This document shows positions 1-11,586 of a DNA stretch of 64,000 nt, in pieces. Made by a program: the position numbers and the translations under genes. Position 1 is the stretch's first letter. The number at the start of each line of letters is the position of its first letter. The DNA comes from an uncultured Nitrososphaerota archaeon. Lineage in GTDB: Archaea; Thermoproteota; Nitrososphaeria; Nitrososphaerales; CADDZS01. The notes beneath the pieces were generated by a model. It did no database searches. It was not told where the DNA came from and worked only from the letters and a program-made list of their open reading frames with translations. Location: the NCBI GenBank assembly GCA_963799845.1, contig CAWCYI010000004.1:1888001-1952000 (forward strand), in the 5' to 3' direction.

Positions 1-2
1 TT

Positions 3-707
3 GACAGAAGGAACGTTGATTCGAAAGGCAGGAAAATTCAAACTGCCGATAACCTGTTCATGATGCGAAAGCTGGACTTCCAGTCTTCGGCAGATAACTC
101 GGACCGGAGCTACAAACGAGCCCTTCTGGAGATTACAAGAACCGGGGAACGACTGGGATTGGGCTTAGCCATTCAACGTGAGGCGATGTCGATTTATTCA
201 AAAGCATCCGAAGAGGGCCTCATCAGAGGGAGATCGGTCGACGGTATCTGCACGGCCGCAATTTATGTAGCATGCAGGAAGCTAAATGTCCCTAGATTAT
301 TGCAGGATATCGTTGAGGTCGCGGCTCACGAAGATCGCAAACAAATCGCACCGTACTGCAAACTGCTCTTTCGTCGGTTAGGAATTAGAGTGTCTCAGTT
401 GGGTGCCGCGGAATATGTTGACTATGTTGCCCGGAACGCCCGGATTAGTTCCAGAACGCAGAGGGAAGCTCTATCTCTGCTATCTTCGATCGAGGGAAGT
501 GCGATGCTCTCCGGAAAAAGGCCGATATCAATCGCTGCCGCTGCCTTGTACCTGGCTTCAAAAAAGACCGGAGAAAACTCCAGCCAGCTTCGAATCGCGG
601 GTGCTACAAACTTGATGCCCACGACAGTACCAAAGACAGCTCTGGATATTGAACAAATATTCAAAGATCGAAAGCAAGAAACTGAGAATATTCCCCCCAC
701 TCCCTAA
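3..707 (+). CDS. tfb: Transcription initiation factor B paralog, divergent, 5'-truncated by the window edge
   Basis: Frame is open from position 3 (DRRNVDSKGRK...). Two cyclin repeats with GLIRGRSV and SGKRPISIAAAALYLAS motifs. The C-terminal HTH is atypical. Confidence 0.9.
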   Translation, partial: DRRNVDSKGRKIQTADNLFMMRKLDFQSSADNSDRSYKRALLEITRTGERLGLGLAIQREAMSIYSKASEEGLIRGRSVDGICTAAIYVACRKLNVPRLLQDIVEVAAHEDRKQIAPYCKLLFRRLGIRVSQLGAAEYVDYVARNARISSRTQREALSLLSSIEGSAMLSGKRPISIAAAALYLASKKTGENSSQLRIAGATNLMPTTVPKTALDIEQIFKDRKQETENIPPTP

Positions 708-1044
708 AACTTGATGATCCCGTTTGGAAAAGTGCCTGAAGTAGTAGTTGTTTAGCCAGTAGACCACTATCTGGTATTGCACCCCCCGGTTGAAGACCTG
801 AAAATGTTGCGGGCGTACACTCTGTCTTTATCGTAGAACCGTTGATCCTTAGATCAACCTGAACGCCGGATATCTCGGTTCCAGTTAGGAGGCTGCTGGA
901 GACCGCGATGCTGTTTGTTGGAATTGGCAGTGATGTCTGGGAATAATATGTCGTGAATAAAAGTGAGGAGAAAATCACAGCTATTGCAACGGCTAGGACA
1001 GGAAACATTCCGGATAGGGAAGAAGAATGTTTCTTACTCGCCAA
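700..1044 (-). pseudogene. Secreted or membrane-anchored protein fragment with a TPATFSGLQPG-YQIVVY beta domain
   Basis: N-terminal TM/signal segment. A frameshift in the G6 run near 782-787 joins it to the VQYQIVVYWLNNYYF frame, which then appears truncated. Confidence 0.5.
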
Positions 1045-1204
1045 GGCAACGAGTACTAAGTTGTTATGTCTCTATTTACTGATGACCGAATCTTTTTCGA
1101 GAAGAATCAACCAGTTCATGCGTTTATGATGATTAGTTATTCGCTAGTAGAGTACTTTGCAATATTCAGTTCTCGCGATATGCTTTAGAATGTAAATTTC
1201 CGAG

Positions 1205-2179
1205 TTGGCAAATCCAATGCCCACGTCAAAATTGGCGATTCCAAAATCTCTTGACGCTCTTTCTGAGTCAGATCTGAAGAGAAAGAAACTTGCTTCGAAA
1301 ATTATGACGAAGACTCTCAGCTACCTCACAGGCGAGTTGGTCGGTCAAGACTTTGAATGGCTCCTGCCGGTAATTTTCTCGAAGATGACAGACCCCCTGT
1401 GGCCGGACCCCGGTGCCTCGATAGAGAAGAGAATCGAGATTGAAATTTACGGCCAGACTGTCAGAACGACTGCGAGCATGATAATCCACAAAATGTTTGC
1501 CAGCTCGCTTGCATTCCCGAGGTTGTTCGTGCTTTCTCCGAACGTCAGAATCGAGAAGAGCGAGAGACAGACTACCGGCTGGCACGCGTACGAATTCACT
1601 CAGCTCGACTTTGAAGTTAGCAACGCCTCCTCCAAGGACGTGTTTAACATGGTCGAAGGGTGGATTTGCGGGCTGATCAGGAATCTCAAGCTGAGTTCAA
1701 GGAAAGAACTTTCAGAGCTCGGAACGTATTCCAAGCTGAAGGTTCCTAAGGCTCCATTCAAGGTCTACGATAGCGAGGAACTCCAAGCCGAGCACGGATC
1801 GGAGTGGGAAAAGTGGTTGGCTTCGGAAATCAACGATCCCGTTTGGGTCACGAATATTCCGAGGGAGTTTTACGATTTTCAGGACATTAGTACAAACTCT
1901 TGGGACAACTACGATCTCTTCGTTCCAAAATACGGAGAGATCCTTTCGGGCGCAAAGAGAGAATGGGAGTTCAGCAAGATCCAGAGCAAGATCAAGAGGG
2001 ACGGCGTCAACGCTGAGAACTATACTCTGCTCCTGAAACTCGCAAAACAGAAGAGATTGAAGCCTTCGGCTGGAGGTGGGATAGGAGTTGAACGGTTGGT
2101 GAGCTGGCTCGTCGGCGCAAAGCACATCGGCGAAGTTTCCCCATTCCCTAAGGTTCCAGGGTTCGTCTACCAACTTTGA
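1205..2179 (+). CDS. asnA: Archaeal asparagine synthetase A (AsnRS/AspRS catalytic-domain-like)
   Basis: Class II aaRS motifs 2 (SPNVRIE...HAYEFTQLD) and 3 (PSAGGGIGVERL), EILSGA, no anticodon-binding domain. Confidence 0.88.
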   Translation: MANPMPTSKLAIPKSLDALSESDLKRKKLASKIMTKTLSYLTGELVGQDFEWLLPVIFSKMTDPLWPDPGASIEKRIEIEIYGQTVRTTASMIIHKMFASSLAFPRLFVLSPNVRIEKSERQTTGWHAYEFTQLDFEVSNASSKDVFNMVEGWICGLIRNLKLSSRKELSELGTYSKLKVPKAPFKVYDSEELQAEHGSEWEKWLASEINDPVWVTNIPREFYDFQDISTNSWDNYDLFVPKYGEILSGAKREWEFSKIQSKIKRDGVNAENYTLLLKLAKQKRLKPSAGGGIGVERLVSWLVGAKHIGEVSPFPKVPGFVYQL

Positions 2180-2432
2180 CGAGATTTCTTCGACTGCAAG
2201 ACGGACGCCCTTTCTTTAGGTCTGCAGGTACGAAACTACCTGAAGTACGCGCGGTTACGGTGATTTTACTCTAAAATAAAGTAACTCCGTAACATAACTA
2301 TGGCATTTGAAATTGTCGAAGAGCTTGAAACGAGCTCTCGGTTACGGAGAATTGCATCCTATTTTCGATCAATGATCAAATTACCCACACACGTGAAATG
2401 ACCCTTTGGGGCCCACTTGCTGAAGGACTGCC

Positions 2433-4399
2433 CTAAACATTAATAGTCTTCTCTTGCTCCTCGGATTTCTTAGGACTATTCAAGCCCATTTTCTTGACGA
2501 GCGCATCATATCTCGGCTCCCCATGGAGGTTTTCGTAGACAAAGTCCGAGGCCATGGAGGGAAGATAGCCCTCCCGTTGCTCGTACGCTTTTTCTAGAAA
2601 CTCGATCGCCCTTTCTTTCTCGCCGAGCACCGCATAAACGGCCGCAATCCTCGTGTAGAGAAGCGGCTTCCCCTCGACGGGTTGTTCAAGCAAGACCAAA
2701 AGCTCCTGGCTTCTTCAGGCTGGTTTGCCTTGTCATAAGCGTAGGCTAGGTCTCCATAGAAGACCGTGGTCTTGCTCTCTTCTACAGCCTTCTTCACCTC
2801 TGCAAGACCGACATCGATCATCCCTTTGCGTATATGTGCCAGCCCCAAATTATCCAAGACGAACGTATTACCGGGATCGAGTTCCAGCGCTCCCGAGAAT
2901 AGTTCGATCGCCCGATCGTACTGTCCGGAATAAAGATGCCAGGTTCCTGCGTTTCCCAAGGTCTCCACCGAAAGAGGGTTCAGTTGTACTGCCTTATCGA
3001 CTTCTATAAGGCATTCATCCCAATGGCCCGTGAAAGCGAAAATCGAGGACAGCCCGTCATGGGCTTCTGCCAGATTCGGGTTGAGCTCGATTGCTTTTAT
3101 GAAATCCTGTTCACGCGATGCAAAATCGAAATTAGTTCCGTGAGAAAAGGCAAGGGCCAGATGCGAGTCGGCTAGAGAATCGTCAAGTGCGAGAGCCTTT
3201 TTGGCTAATCCTTCGGCGCGCTCAAAAGCTACCTTCGAATCCATGAGATCCTGGAACCCGAGTTTTGAGTAAACACCCGCTAGTCCGCAGTAGGCGAGAA
3301 CGAACTTCGGATCTAGTCGAATTGCTGCCTCGAAATGCCCGATCGCACTCTCCAGGGAGCTTTTATCCCATCTCTGCAAGTTCACTCGACCTTTTAGATA
3401 TTCCAGATGGGCTTCTACACTTGCGGTCTCTTTCCGATCGATATTCTTCCGATCCAGATCTGTTAATTTCAGATGTAAACTGGAGGCGACACTCTCTGCC
3501 AGTTCAGTCTGAACTGCAAAGATGTCTTCGAGATTACGATCATAACTCTCAGCCCAAAGGTGACTTTCAGTATTGGAGTTGATGAGCTGCGCGGTAACAC
3601 GGATTCTATTGCCGGCTTTTCGAACACTTCCTTCGATCAGGGATCCCGCCCTAAGTTCTCTCCCGATCTGACCTGCACTCTTTTCCTTTTTCTTGTAATT
3701 CATTATGGAGGTTCGCGCGATCACTTCAAGACCCCTTAGCAGAGATAATCTGGCGATCAGCTCCTCGGTCAAGCCATCGGCGAAGAACTCATCATTGGGA
3801 TCGGGGCTCAAACTCGTAAAGGGAAGAACGGCAACACGATGCCTGTCAAGAGATACCTCGGTCACAAAATCCCTTTCCCACGGGAGGTCCACCTTGTAGA
3901 TCTCTATATTATCCGTTACGTTCTTCAAACTCTTGTTTCCCAAGCTGGACAGATGGTGTTCGAATTTGTTTTTGATTTGAACAGCTACCTGTTCGGTTAG
4001 GCTGATTCCTCCAGGCGGAGCAAGGGCCTCAATTCTCGAGGCGATATTAACAGCGTCTCCGTAGACATCGTTTTGGTTGTGGATGACGTCCCCAAGGTGG
4101 ATTCCTATCCGTAACAAAATCCGTTTTTCCGGGGACCGATTCAAATTTGATTCATGGAAAGAGTTCTGAATTTCAAAAGCGCAGCTTGCAGCGTCCAATG
4201 CACTCGCAAATTCCACCAGGAAGGCGTCTCCGATGGTCTTAATTTCTTGGCCTCTATGTTTAGGAAGAAATGATCTCAATATTTTCCGGTGCTCATCCAG
4301 TAGTTCCATGGCCAGAACCTCGTTCTTCTGAGTGAGAGATGTGTACCCCACAATATCAGTGAACATGATCGCAGCTAGTCTGCGATCGGCTTGGAGCAG
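2433..4399 (-). CDS. Class III adenylyl cyclase + TolB-like + TPR protein; one frameshift at ~2701; probable CTG start
   Basis: RRLAAIMFTDIVG, KTIGDA, GDAVNIASR, AVLPF...FADGLTEELI and TPR repeats. ORF 2433..2699 supplies the C-terminus. Confidence 0.88.
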
Positions 4400-4554
4400 T
4401 AAATTCGCCCTCTAATCCTTTCATTCGAACTTGGAAATAAAACAGTAATGTTTCCCATACGCAATTGTAACGAACGAAAGTTTCGAACTTTTCAATTCAA
4501 AATCTTGAGGTTTGACAGAATCCTTTACTATGTACTGATTGCTCGCTGTCCACA

Positions 4555-5457
4555 ATGAGCGAAAATAGGGAAGGGCTGATCAACGTCCTCGGGTACAATT
4601 TGTTCTATCGAGTGTTTGAGCCAAAGGAAGGCGGGGTAAAGGGAACGATACTTTGTCTCCACGGAGGACCTGGATTCCCGCACAATTATCTACTTTCGCT
4701 CTGCGACCTCACCAATTTCGGTTATCGAACGGTTTTCTATGACCAGCTTGGCGTTGGCAACTCCGAGATGCCGAAGAACAAGTACATCTTTTCGATCGAA
4801 TACGGCGTCGAGGAAGTTGAAGCTTTTCGCAAGGCAATGAATCTCGGAAAGGTGAATCTGTTCGGATCAAGTTACGGCGGTCTCCTAGCGATCGCTTACG
4901 CTCTAAAATATCAGAGGAATTTGAAGAGCCTCATAACCGCAGGCGGGCTTGCCAGCGTTCCGCTGACGGTTGCTGAAATGGATAGAATGAAGTCGGAGCT
5001 CAAACCGGAGGTGGTTTCGGTTCTCGAAAAATACGAGAGCATTGGCGACTTTGAAAATCCTGAATACATCAATGCCGTTATGGTGTTTTATCGCGAGCAC
5101 TTCTGCAGGCTATCACCGTGGCCGGACGATGTTCAGTATGCCATCGACAATGTCAGTAAACCGGTCTACTCGTTGATGAATGGACCGAACGACTTCACGA
5201 TAACTGGCGGCCTGAAATACTGGGACGTCACGGACAAGCTCCACACGATAAAAGTACCCACCTACGTCACCGGAGGAAGGTTTGACGAAGTTTCAACCAA
5301 GGTGGCTGAGAGTATCCACAAAGGTATCAAGGGATCCAAGAGATCAACCTTCGAGAAGAGTTCTCATTTGCCGTTCTGGGAGGAGCGGAACAAGTACATG
5401 AAAGCCGTTGCAAACTTCCTTGATAGCCTGAATGAAAGTAGGAAGAGAAAAATTTGA
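4555..5457 (+). CDS. pip: Proline iminopeptidase (tricorn F1-like, alpha/beta hydrolase S33)
   Basis: HGGPG, YDQLGVG, GSSYGG nucleophile elbow, GRFDE and SSHLPFWEE motifs. Confidence 0.9.
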   Translation: MSENREGLINVLGYNLFYRVFEPKEGGVKGTILCLHGGPGFPHNYLLSLCDLTNFGYRTVFYDQLGVGNSEMPKNKYIFSIEYGVEEVEAFRKAMNLGKVNLFGSSYGGLLAIAYALKYQRNLKSLITAGGLASVPLTVAEMDRMKSELKPEVVSVLEKYESIGDFENPEYINAVMVFYREHFCRLSPWPDDVQYAIDNVSKPVYSLMNGPNDFTITGGLKYWDVTDKLHTIKVPTYVTGGRFDEVSTKVAESIHKGIKGSKRSTFEKSSHLPFWEERNKYMKAVANFLDSLNESRKRKI

Positions 5458-5490
5458 AGGTTCTTATTTCCGAAATCTGTTGAGCTGTCT

Positions 5491-6142
5491 ATGAAATTCG
5501 CCGTACCCACTTCAACCATAGTTGTTGCAATTATTGCAGTTCTCGCAATCGGATTGTTTGCAGGATTTGGATTTATTCGAAGAACTACGCGTGGCACCAC
5601 GAACTACGTGAACCAGACTCAAATTCAGACATTCCTCTCGACGCAGGCCGTGGTGCAGAGTGCTGTAACGACAACCACAACGACCTCTATCTCGCCGTCA
5701 ACTCATACTGTTTCTACCGTATCTACATTGAGGGTTCCAACGACATTGGATTTTTCTATCACAAAATACCAAAACAGTACCGAACTCGAAACCCAAACCG
5801 TTTACAAAACGATTAACCAGACCACGACAACTGAACCGAGCGGGGCTGTAACTTTGCTTTCAAACTACTTGATTAGTTTCACGGTTTACGAGCCTGATCT
5901 AGCTTTGACATAGGCCTCGTTCTATCCGGGTTTCAATAGATTTCTTGACATCAGTTACGAATCCACCGATCCGATTCACTGGGTCCTCTACGGAAACTCT
6001 GTAAATGAAACGTCATTCCCACGTCGAATTTCCTGTGATGGCAGACGTCAGGTATTCCCTCTACGTTTACAATGACGACTGTAATTTTGGGGGATGCACG
6101 ACCCCTTTCAATGTCATGGCATCCTTAGTTTATGAATATTGA
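5491..6142 (+). pseudogene. Membrane-anchored Thr-rich surface protein with an in-frame TAG at 5911 and a frameshift near 6020
   Basis: N-terminal TM and Thr-rich stalk. Coding-like sequence continues past the TAG and, after a shift, ends ...FNVMASLVYEY* at 6142. Confidence 0.55.
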
Positions 6143-6411
6143 GCGAGACTTCCCTTGGGTTTAATGTCCCCTTTTTCTACGCCTCGTAAGTATGTAGATT
6201 CTTGTTTTCGATCATATTCTCTATGCAATAACCACATGCGCGATAAATTACTGTACCTTATGCGAGAAACAGATTCGGAATCTTCATTGAAATAACGAAT
6301 TTATTCCTATTCTATGTAATTCATTAGGGCGCGTGTTCCTATCCCAACTTAGAGTTTCCGAATGACCAGATTTATATCATAAGACGGACCAAAACCGATT
6401 CGAATAGAATT

Positions 6412-7953
6412 TTGACAGAACTGAGCTTTGAAACAATTGAGCTACCCTCACTTTTCGCGGATTGTTACGTTTCAAAAGAGGGCATTCCGGAATTTGGAAT
6501 GTTTATCGGTGGAAAGTGGAGCAAAGCAACCGGTGGGGGCACGATCGATGTTAGATCCCCTATCGACCGAGCGGTGATTGCCCGAGTCCAGAGCGGAACG
6601 ACGGTCGACGCCGATAAAGCCGTGAATAGCGCGTTTGTATCGCGCAAGAAGATTAGAGACATTCCCGCCATAGATCGCATCAACATCCTGAATCGCGCCA
6701 GGCACATAATCGAGGATAATCAGGAGTACTTCGTCCGCGCGCTCGTTTTAGAAGCCGGAAAGACACCAGAGGCCGGTCAGAGCGAGGTCAAAGCCGCCCT
6801 CAACCGAATCAAAATGACCATGGAAGAAGCCCGAAGCATATTTGGAGAATACCTCCCGGGCGACTGGTCAGAAGATACGGTTGCAAAGTTCGCCCTTGTG
6901 ATCCACGAACCGCTCGGGGTCATTACCTGCATAACACCATTCAACTATCCGCTTTTCTCCCTGGTGGCGAAGGTCATCCCGGCTCTCGTTTCCGGCAACG
7001 CAATCGTGATCAAGCCAGCGACGGACGATCCGATATCCTCGATCCTTCTGACCAGAGTGCTTCAGGAATCGGGTATTCCAGATGGTGTTGTGAACCTGGT
7101 GACCGGGCACGGCAAGGAAGTAGGGGATACCCTCGTGAGCCACAAACTGGTGAGCATGGTCACGCTTACGGGTAGCACCGAGACGGGAAAGCACATCGCC
7201 AGAATGTCCGATATGAAAAAGTTACACCTCGAGCTCGGCGGAAAGGGATCGGCGGTGGTAGCGGAAGATGCCGATCTTACGCTCGCTGCGAAGAAGATCC
7301 TCGAAGGCGCCCTAAAATTCTCGGGCCAGAGGTGCGACGCAATCAGCAGGGTTCTTGCTTTCGAAGTAATCCACGACAAATTAATCACGCACATCCTGAA
7401 AGAATTCGGACACTGGAAACTGGGAGACCCCAGAGTCGAGGGAAACAATATGGGACCTCTGATCAACGAGGGTGCTGCTAGCAAGGTACAGCTTCTGGTC
7501 GACGATGCGCTGTCGAAAGGCGCGAAGCTCCTGAGAGGCGGTAAACACAAGGGCGCCTACTTCGAACCAACAATCCTGGACAGCGTACCCCTTGAAGCGA
7601 AGATATCATGGGAAGAAACATTCGGCCCGATCGTGACGATCATTCCGGTAAAGGACTTGGACGCGGCGATCAAGATAGTCAATGAATCCCGGTACGGCCT
7701 TGACTCCTGCATCTTTACGCAGAACTTCTACACGGCATGGAAAGCGGCGAAGAGCTTCGAAGAAGGCTCGGTCGCAATAAATGATGCACCGGCTCACGGT
7801 GTGGGCTACTTCCCATTTGGAGGCAACAAAGATTCTGGACTTGGGAGAGAAGGCGTTGGGCACAGCATCGATGAGATGACCCGCCTCAAAACGATTCAAT
7901 TCAACCTGGCTCCTGCGGGGCTTGGAAAAGTCAGGCAACAATTACGGATGTGA
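6412..7953 (+). CDS. gapN: Non-phosphorylating glyceraldehyde-3-phosphate dehydrogenase (ALDH superfamily, archaeal GAPN type)
   Basis: ITPFNYP, TGSTETG, LELGGK, SGQRCDAI, EETFGP and FPFGGNKDSG motifs. Confidence 0.82.
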   Translation: MTELSFETIELPSLFADCYVSKEGIPEFGMFIGGKWSKATGGGTIDVRSPIDRAVIARVQSGTTVDADKAVNSAFVSRKKIRDIPAIDRINILNRARHIIEDNQEYFVRALVLEAGKTPEAGQSEVKAALNRIKMTMEEARSIFGEYLPGDWSEDTVAKFALVIHEPLGVITCITPFNYPLFSLVAKVIPALVSGNAIVIKPATDDPISSILLTRVLQESGIPDGVVNLVTGHGKEVGDTLVSHKLVSMVTLTGSTETGKHIARMSDMKKLHLELGGKGSAVVAEDADLTLAAKKILEGALKFSGQRCDAISRVLAFEVIHDKLITHILKEFGHWKLGDPRVEGNNMGPLINEGAASKVQLLVDDALSKGAKLLRGGKHKGAYFEPTILDSVPLEAKISWEETFGPIVTIIPVKDLDAAIKIVNESRYGLDSCIFTQNFYTAWKAAKSFEEGSVAINDAPAHGVGYFPFGGNKDSGLGREGVGHSIDEMTRLKTIQFNLAPAGLGKVRQQLRM

Positions 7954-8035
7954 ACTATCTGTGAATAGATTCACGTGTGTTATTGGCCTCTAGGGCTATT
8001 TTAGCCCTAAAACTTGAAAGACTACTGTCTCATCA

Positions 8036-9382
8036 TTAGGTTGACGCAAACCAAATCTGGGTCTTCGCACTGGAGCTGCTCTGGTACTGCCAAGTCGCAA
8101 AAGCGGCGGTCCCGAAATTTACTACCCAGCCTGTAGAGATATCATTAGAATTCGCGGCGACTCCATTCGCGTTATTGCTGATATTTATTCCAGGCGGAGC
8201 AACCCACGTACTGCCGTCATCTGTGCTATAAGTTCCGTAAGTAACCCACGTTCCTGGCGTAACTTCCCGTCCCCAAATTGCAAAGATGTTGTTACCGTAA
8301 GCATAAACGTTAAGCGTGGTTTCGATATCTACCGCCGTTCCACTCTCGGCAATGGGTCCCGTCCAAGTAACGCCAGCGTTGCTTGAGACGTAAATGTAAT
8401 CCTGAGCAGAGCCGCTGTCCGGATGGACCGTGACTGTGATATAGACGTAATTCCCGTAAGCGGCAATCTTTGGACCCCACGCATCAGTGATCGTAGAAGA
8501 AAGTAAGAACACTTTCGACCAGGTAGATCCATAGTTGTGGCTGTAGGCATAGAAGACCTGACTCATGGTGCCCTTTGTCTCCCAAGCGACGTAAACGTTC
8601 GGACCGTTTCCCCAGACCCATGGTTCCCCGCCGCAACAGCCCGAGAGCGAAACTTTCTTCCAAGAAGCTCCTGCGTTGGTCGTAACCGCCGTTCCTTGAT
8701 CTGATACTACCACTCCTGACTGTGCAGATGCGTAAACCTGTGGTTCGTGAAAGTTCGAGACTTTAAACGGAGCTGACCAAGATACTCCAGCATTACTACT
8801 TGCGATTGCGTAAGAGAAGCTGTCCTGGGCATACCCGATATAGACGGTGTTGCCCCATGATGAAATCACGGGTGTTATTGACGCATTGGTTCCGGTGGTT
8901 ACTTGCAAAGGTGCGCTAAAGGTGATGCCGTAGTTCGTGCTTGCAGCAAAAAATAGTTGAGGTTGGGTGCCAGAAATACCATTGGTCCAGACAATGTAGA
9001 CGTTAGAACCATTAGCCGATATGACCGGGTATTGTGTCCCCAGAGTGCCTGCATTGATTTTGAGAGGGGCACTGGCAAGCGGCGGATTCCACGTTGTTCC
9101 ATTATCCGGACTAGATCTGAAAAATATCCCCGTATTGCCCTCAGTCCAGACGACGTAGACATGACTGCCGGAGTTGGCATCCATCGGGAAAATAGCGTTG
9201 TCCTTGTCATTACTAAGATTGAATGCCGGGGAGTAGGTTATCGCCGCATTTGCGTGTTGAAACGCTGAAACCGATACATTCCCGTAGACCATCAACCATG
9301 TTGCGAGAAAAATAGCCGAACCGTAAAGAACAGTTTTTGAATACGATACTCTTCCACTTAGCCGAATAACTTTTCTTGTCAT
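8036..9382 (-). CDS. Secreted BNR/Asp-box (sialidase-like) beta-propeller protein
   Basis: Signal/TM segment and about seven SxD/NxGxTW Asp-boxes, each preceded by VYVVW-type strands. Confidence 0.85.
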   Translation of the reverse strand: MTRKVIRLSGRVSYSKTVLYGSAIFLATWLMVYGNVSVSAFQHANAAITYSPAFNLSNDKDNAIFPMDANSGSHVYVVWTEGNTGIFFRSSPDNGTTWNPPLASAPLKINAGTLGTQYPVISANGSNVYIVWTNGISGTQPQLFFAASTNYGITFSAPLQVTTGTNASITPVISSWGNTVYIGYAQDSFSYAIASSNAGVSWSAPFKVSNFHEPQVYASAQSGVVVSDQGTAVTTNAGASWKKVSLSGCCGGEPWVWGNGPNVYVAWETKGTMSQVFYAYSHNYGSTWSKVFLLSSTITDAWGPKIAAYGNYVYITVTVHPDSGSAQDYIYVSSNAGVTWTGPIAESGTAVDIETTLNVYAYGNNIFAIWGREVTPGTWVTYGTYSTDDGSTWVAPPGINISNNANGVAANSNDISTGWVVNFGTAAFATWQYQSSSSAKTQIWFAST

Positions 9383-10046
9383 AGCATTCTACTCTGGACT
9401 AATTTCAATAACGATGAAGTACAAGCTTGCGGATTGGGGCCCAGTTATTAAATGCATGTTTCGAAATCTGATACTATTTGCCTAGTAGTATTCCTCAATC
9501 CGATCAAACCTTCACGCATCCATTTCAGAAGTATTTCCTGGGCTGATCCATTAAAGAATCGTTTTTGGGATAATTATCCTGAATTTTTGCAAGTGATCAG
9601 AATGTTTAGGGCAAAAGATTCCGTTTTCAATCAAGCCACATGATTTCGGAAATCTTCTATCATATCGAAAGCCGCAGAACATCTTTTGCAATCAAGATAG
9701 TGACTGATGATACCAATGAATTCATTCTCACGAACCAGATCATCTTACTTCACAAAATTGAATCTGTGTTAATTTCTGAACGCTCGAATGCTCTCGATTC
9801 TCTATCATTCGAGTTAGACGATAAAGGCAAAGTCAAAATCGACTCTGAAAAGAGAAATCCGAATTCGTTAGCAGAAAAAAGATCAGCCTACCAACTGGGT
9901 CTCTATGTTCGCGGAGCGTCCGATACGAAAACATCACTAACAGAGTATATCGTATTTCGATATATCGAGAAAAGATTTTTCCTGATTTGTGGAAACGCTC
10001 TCAAGTATTATATTTTGAGTTCGACAACGGTATTTCTGATTCATGT

Positions 10047-11472
10047 TTGAGGTACGAATTCTCCATTAAGAAACTTGGGATCGCGAAACCCGTGTTGTTG
10101 TTTGTACTCGCTCTAATTCTCTCCGCGGGTGGAGCAACCATGTTTTCATCCGCCTCAGTCGCCGTCACGCCGACATTCAGCGCAGCTGTGAATTTGAGCA
10201 ATGACTTGGGAAAGGCGAATACTCCCGTTATTTCCAGCCAGGGGCTCAATGTTTATGCTGCGTGGACTGAAGGCAGCAAGGGGGTATTCTTCAGAATGAG
10301 TTCGGATGGTGGAAACACCTGGTCTCCGACGTTATCGTCGGCCGCGCTGAAATTGAGCAATCATGGAGGCAGCACCGCGTTCCCCGTAATGTTCGCTCAA
10401 TATCAGTATCCAAACAGCGGTAATGTCTACATCGCTTGGACTCAGGGAACCAAGCAGGCAAATGGCTCGATGGTTACACAGATTTACGTAGCTTCAAGCA
10501 CTAATTATGGGGCCAGTTTTACTACCACTCAGATTAGTCACAACTCAACAAACAGCCAGAACACTCCCGCGCTTTCCGCGTGGGGTACCGATGTCTACGT
10601 CTCATGGTTCTCGGCAAACAATGCAACGGGTTATGGATCTGATTATGTTAGTTCTTCGAACAACAACGGCGTCACGTGGGGAAAGCCCATCGATGTGGTC
10701 AACCCATCCGGTGGCGGGGAGACTGAGATTGTCGCTTCCGGTTCTAGCGCCTACATGGTCGGGGATACTATCCTGTTCACTGCAACCTATAATTCCGGAG
10801 CTTCGTGGTCTCAACAAGTGAACCTGTATAACCAGCCGTACAATTCCAGTTCTACCTCAAACTACGAGGGACGTGAACCATGGATCGCCTCATACGGCAA
10901 CCTTGTTTACGTCGTATGGGAAGCGAACAGCACGACACCCGGAATAAGTTACCACGATCAGGCAGTTACGAGCACCGACGGAGGACTCACGTGGGGTGCA
11001 ATCCAGAACGTCACCGATCCACTCAAGGATAGCTGGGAACCGGAGAATGCCGCTTACGGGAGCAACGTGTTTCTCACTTTTCACACAGTGTCAAGTCAGG
11101 GAGTTTACGTAACTTCGGCCACGAACGTGAATTCGGAATCGCCCGCTTGGAGCACACCTGTACTTCTAAGCCCAACCAAGCTGAAGAGACTCGTTCTCGC
11201 ACGTGTTCACCTCAGATGGAGTGAATGTTTTCGTGATGTGGGGCCAGCAGATATCGACCGGATCATCTACCTGGAATGCGTACATTGCGTACAGCGGTGA
11301 CAGCGGATCAACCTGGAGCAAGCCCATCGACATTAGCAACAATGCAAAGGGGGTTGCAGCGCCGAATACGGATGTGACCTCGTTCAATCTCTCCACATCC
11401 GGAACAAATTGCTATGCGATCTGGACCTTGACAAACGCAGGGACGTCGCAGATATACTTCGCCGGCTCCTAG
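10047..11472 (+). CDS. Secreted BNR/Asp-box beta-propeller protein, paralog of 8036..9382; frameshift at ~11189
   Basis: Asp-boxes SSDGGNTW, STDGGLTW and SGDSGSTW. Removing one base in AG[A]CT joins the 9987 and 11203 ORFs. TTG at 10047 follows a TATA-like element. Confidence 0.85.
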
Positions 11473-11586
11473 ATCCAATGGGATCTAATCCACCCTTCCT
11501 TTCTTTCTCTTGCCTAAGCGATCAACGTTTGCGCGCTTCAGTTCAAGAAGAAAGATTTTATTCTGAATGATCCTGCTGAGCAAGTC

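Noticed and set aside
9452-10050. ORFs 9452..9643 and 9640..10050
   Set aside because: AT-rich, no recognisable motifs, and lying in the divergent promoter region of the two BNR genes.
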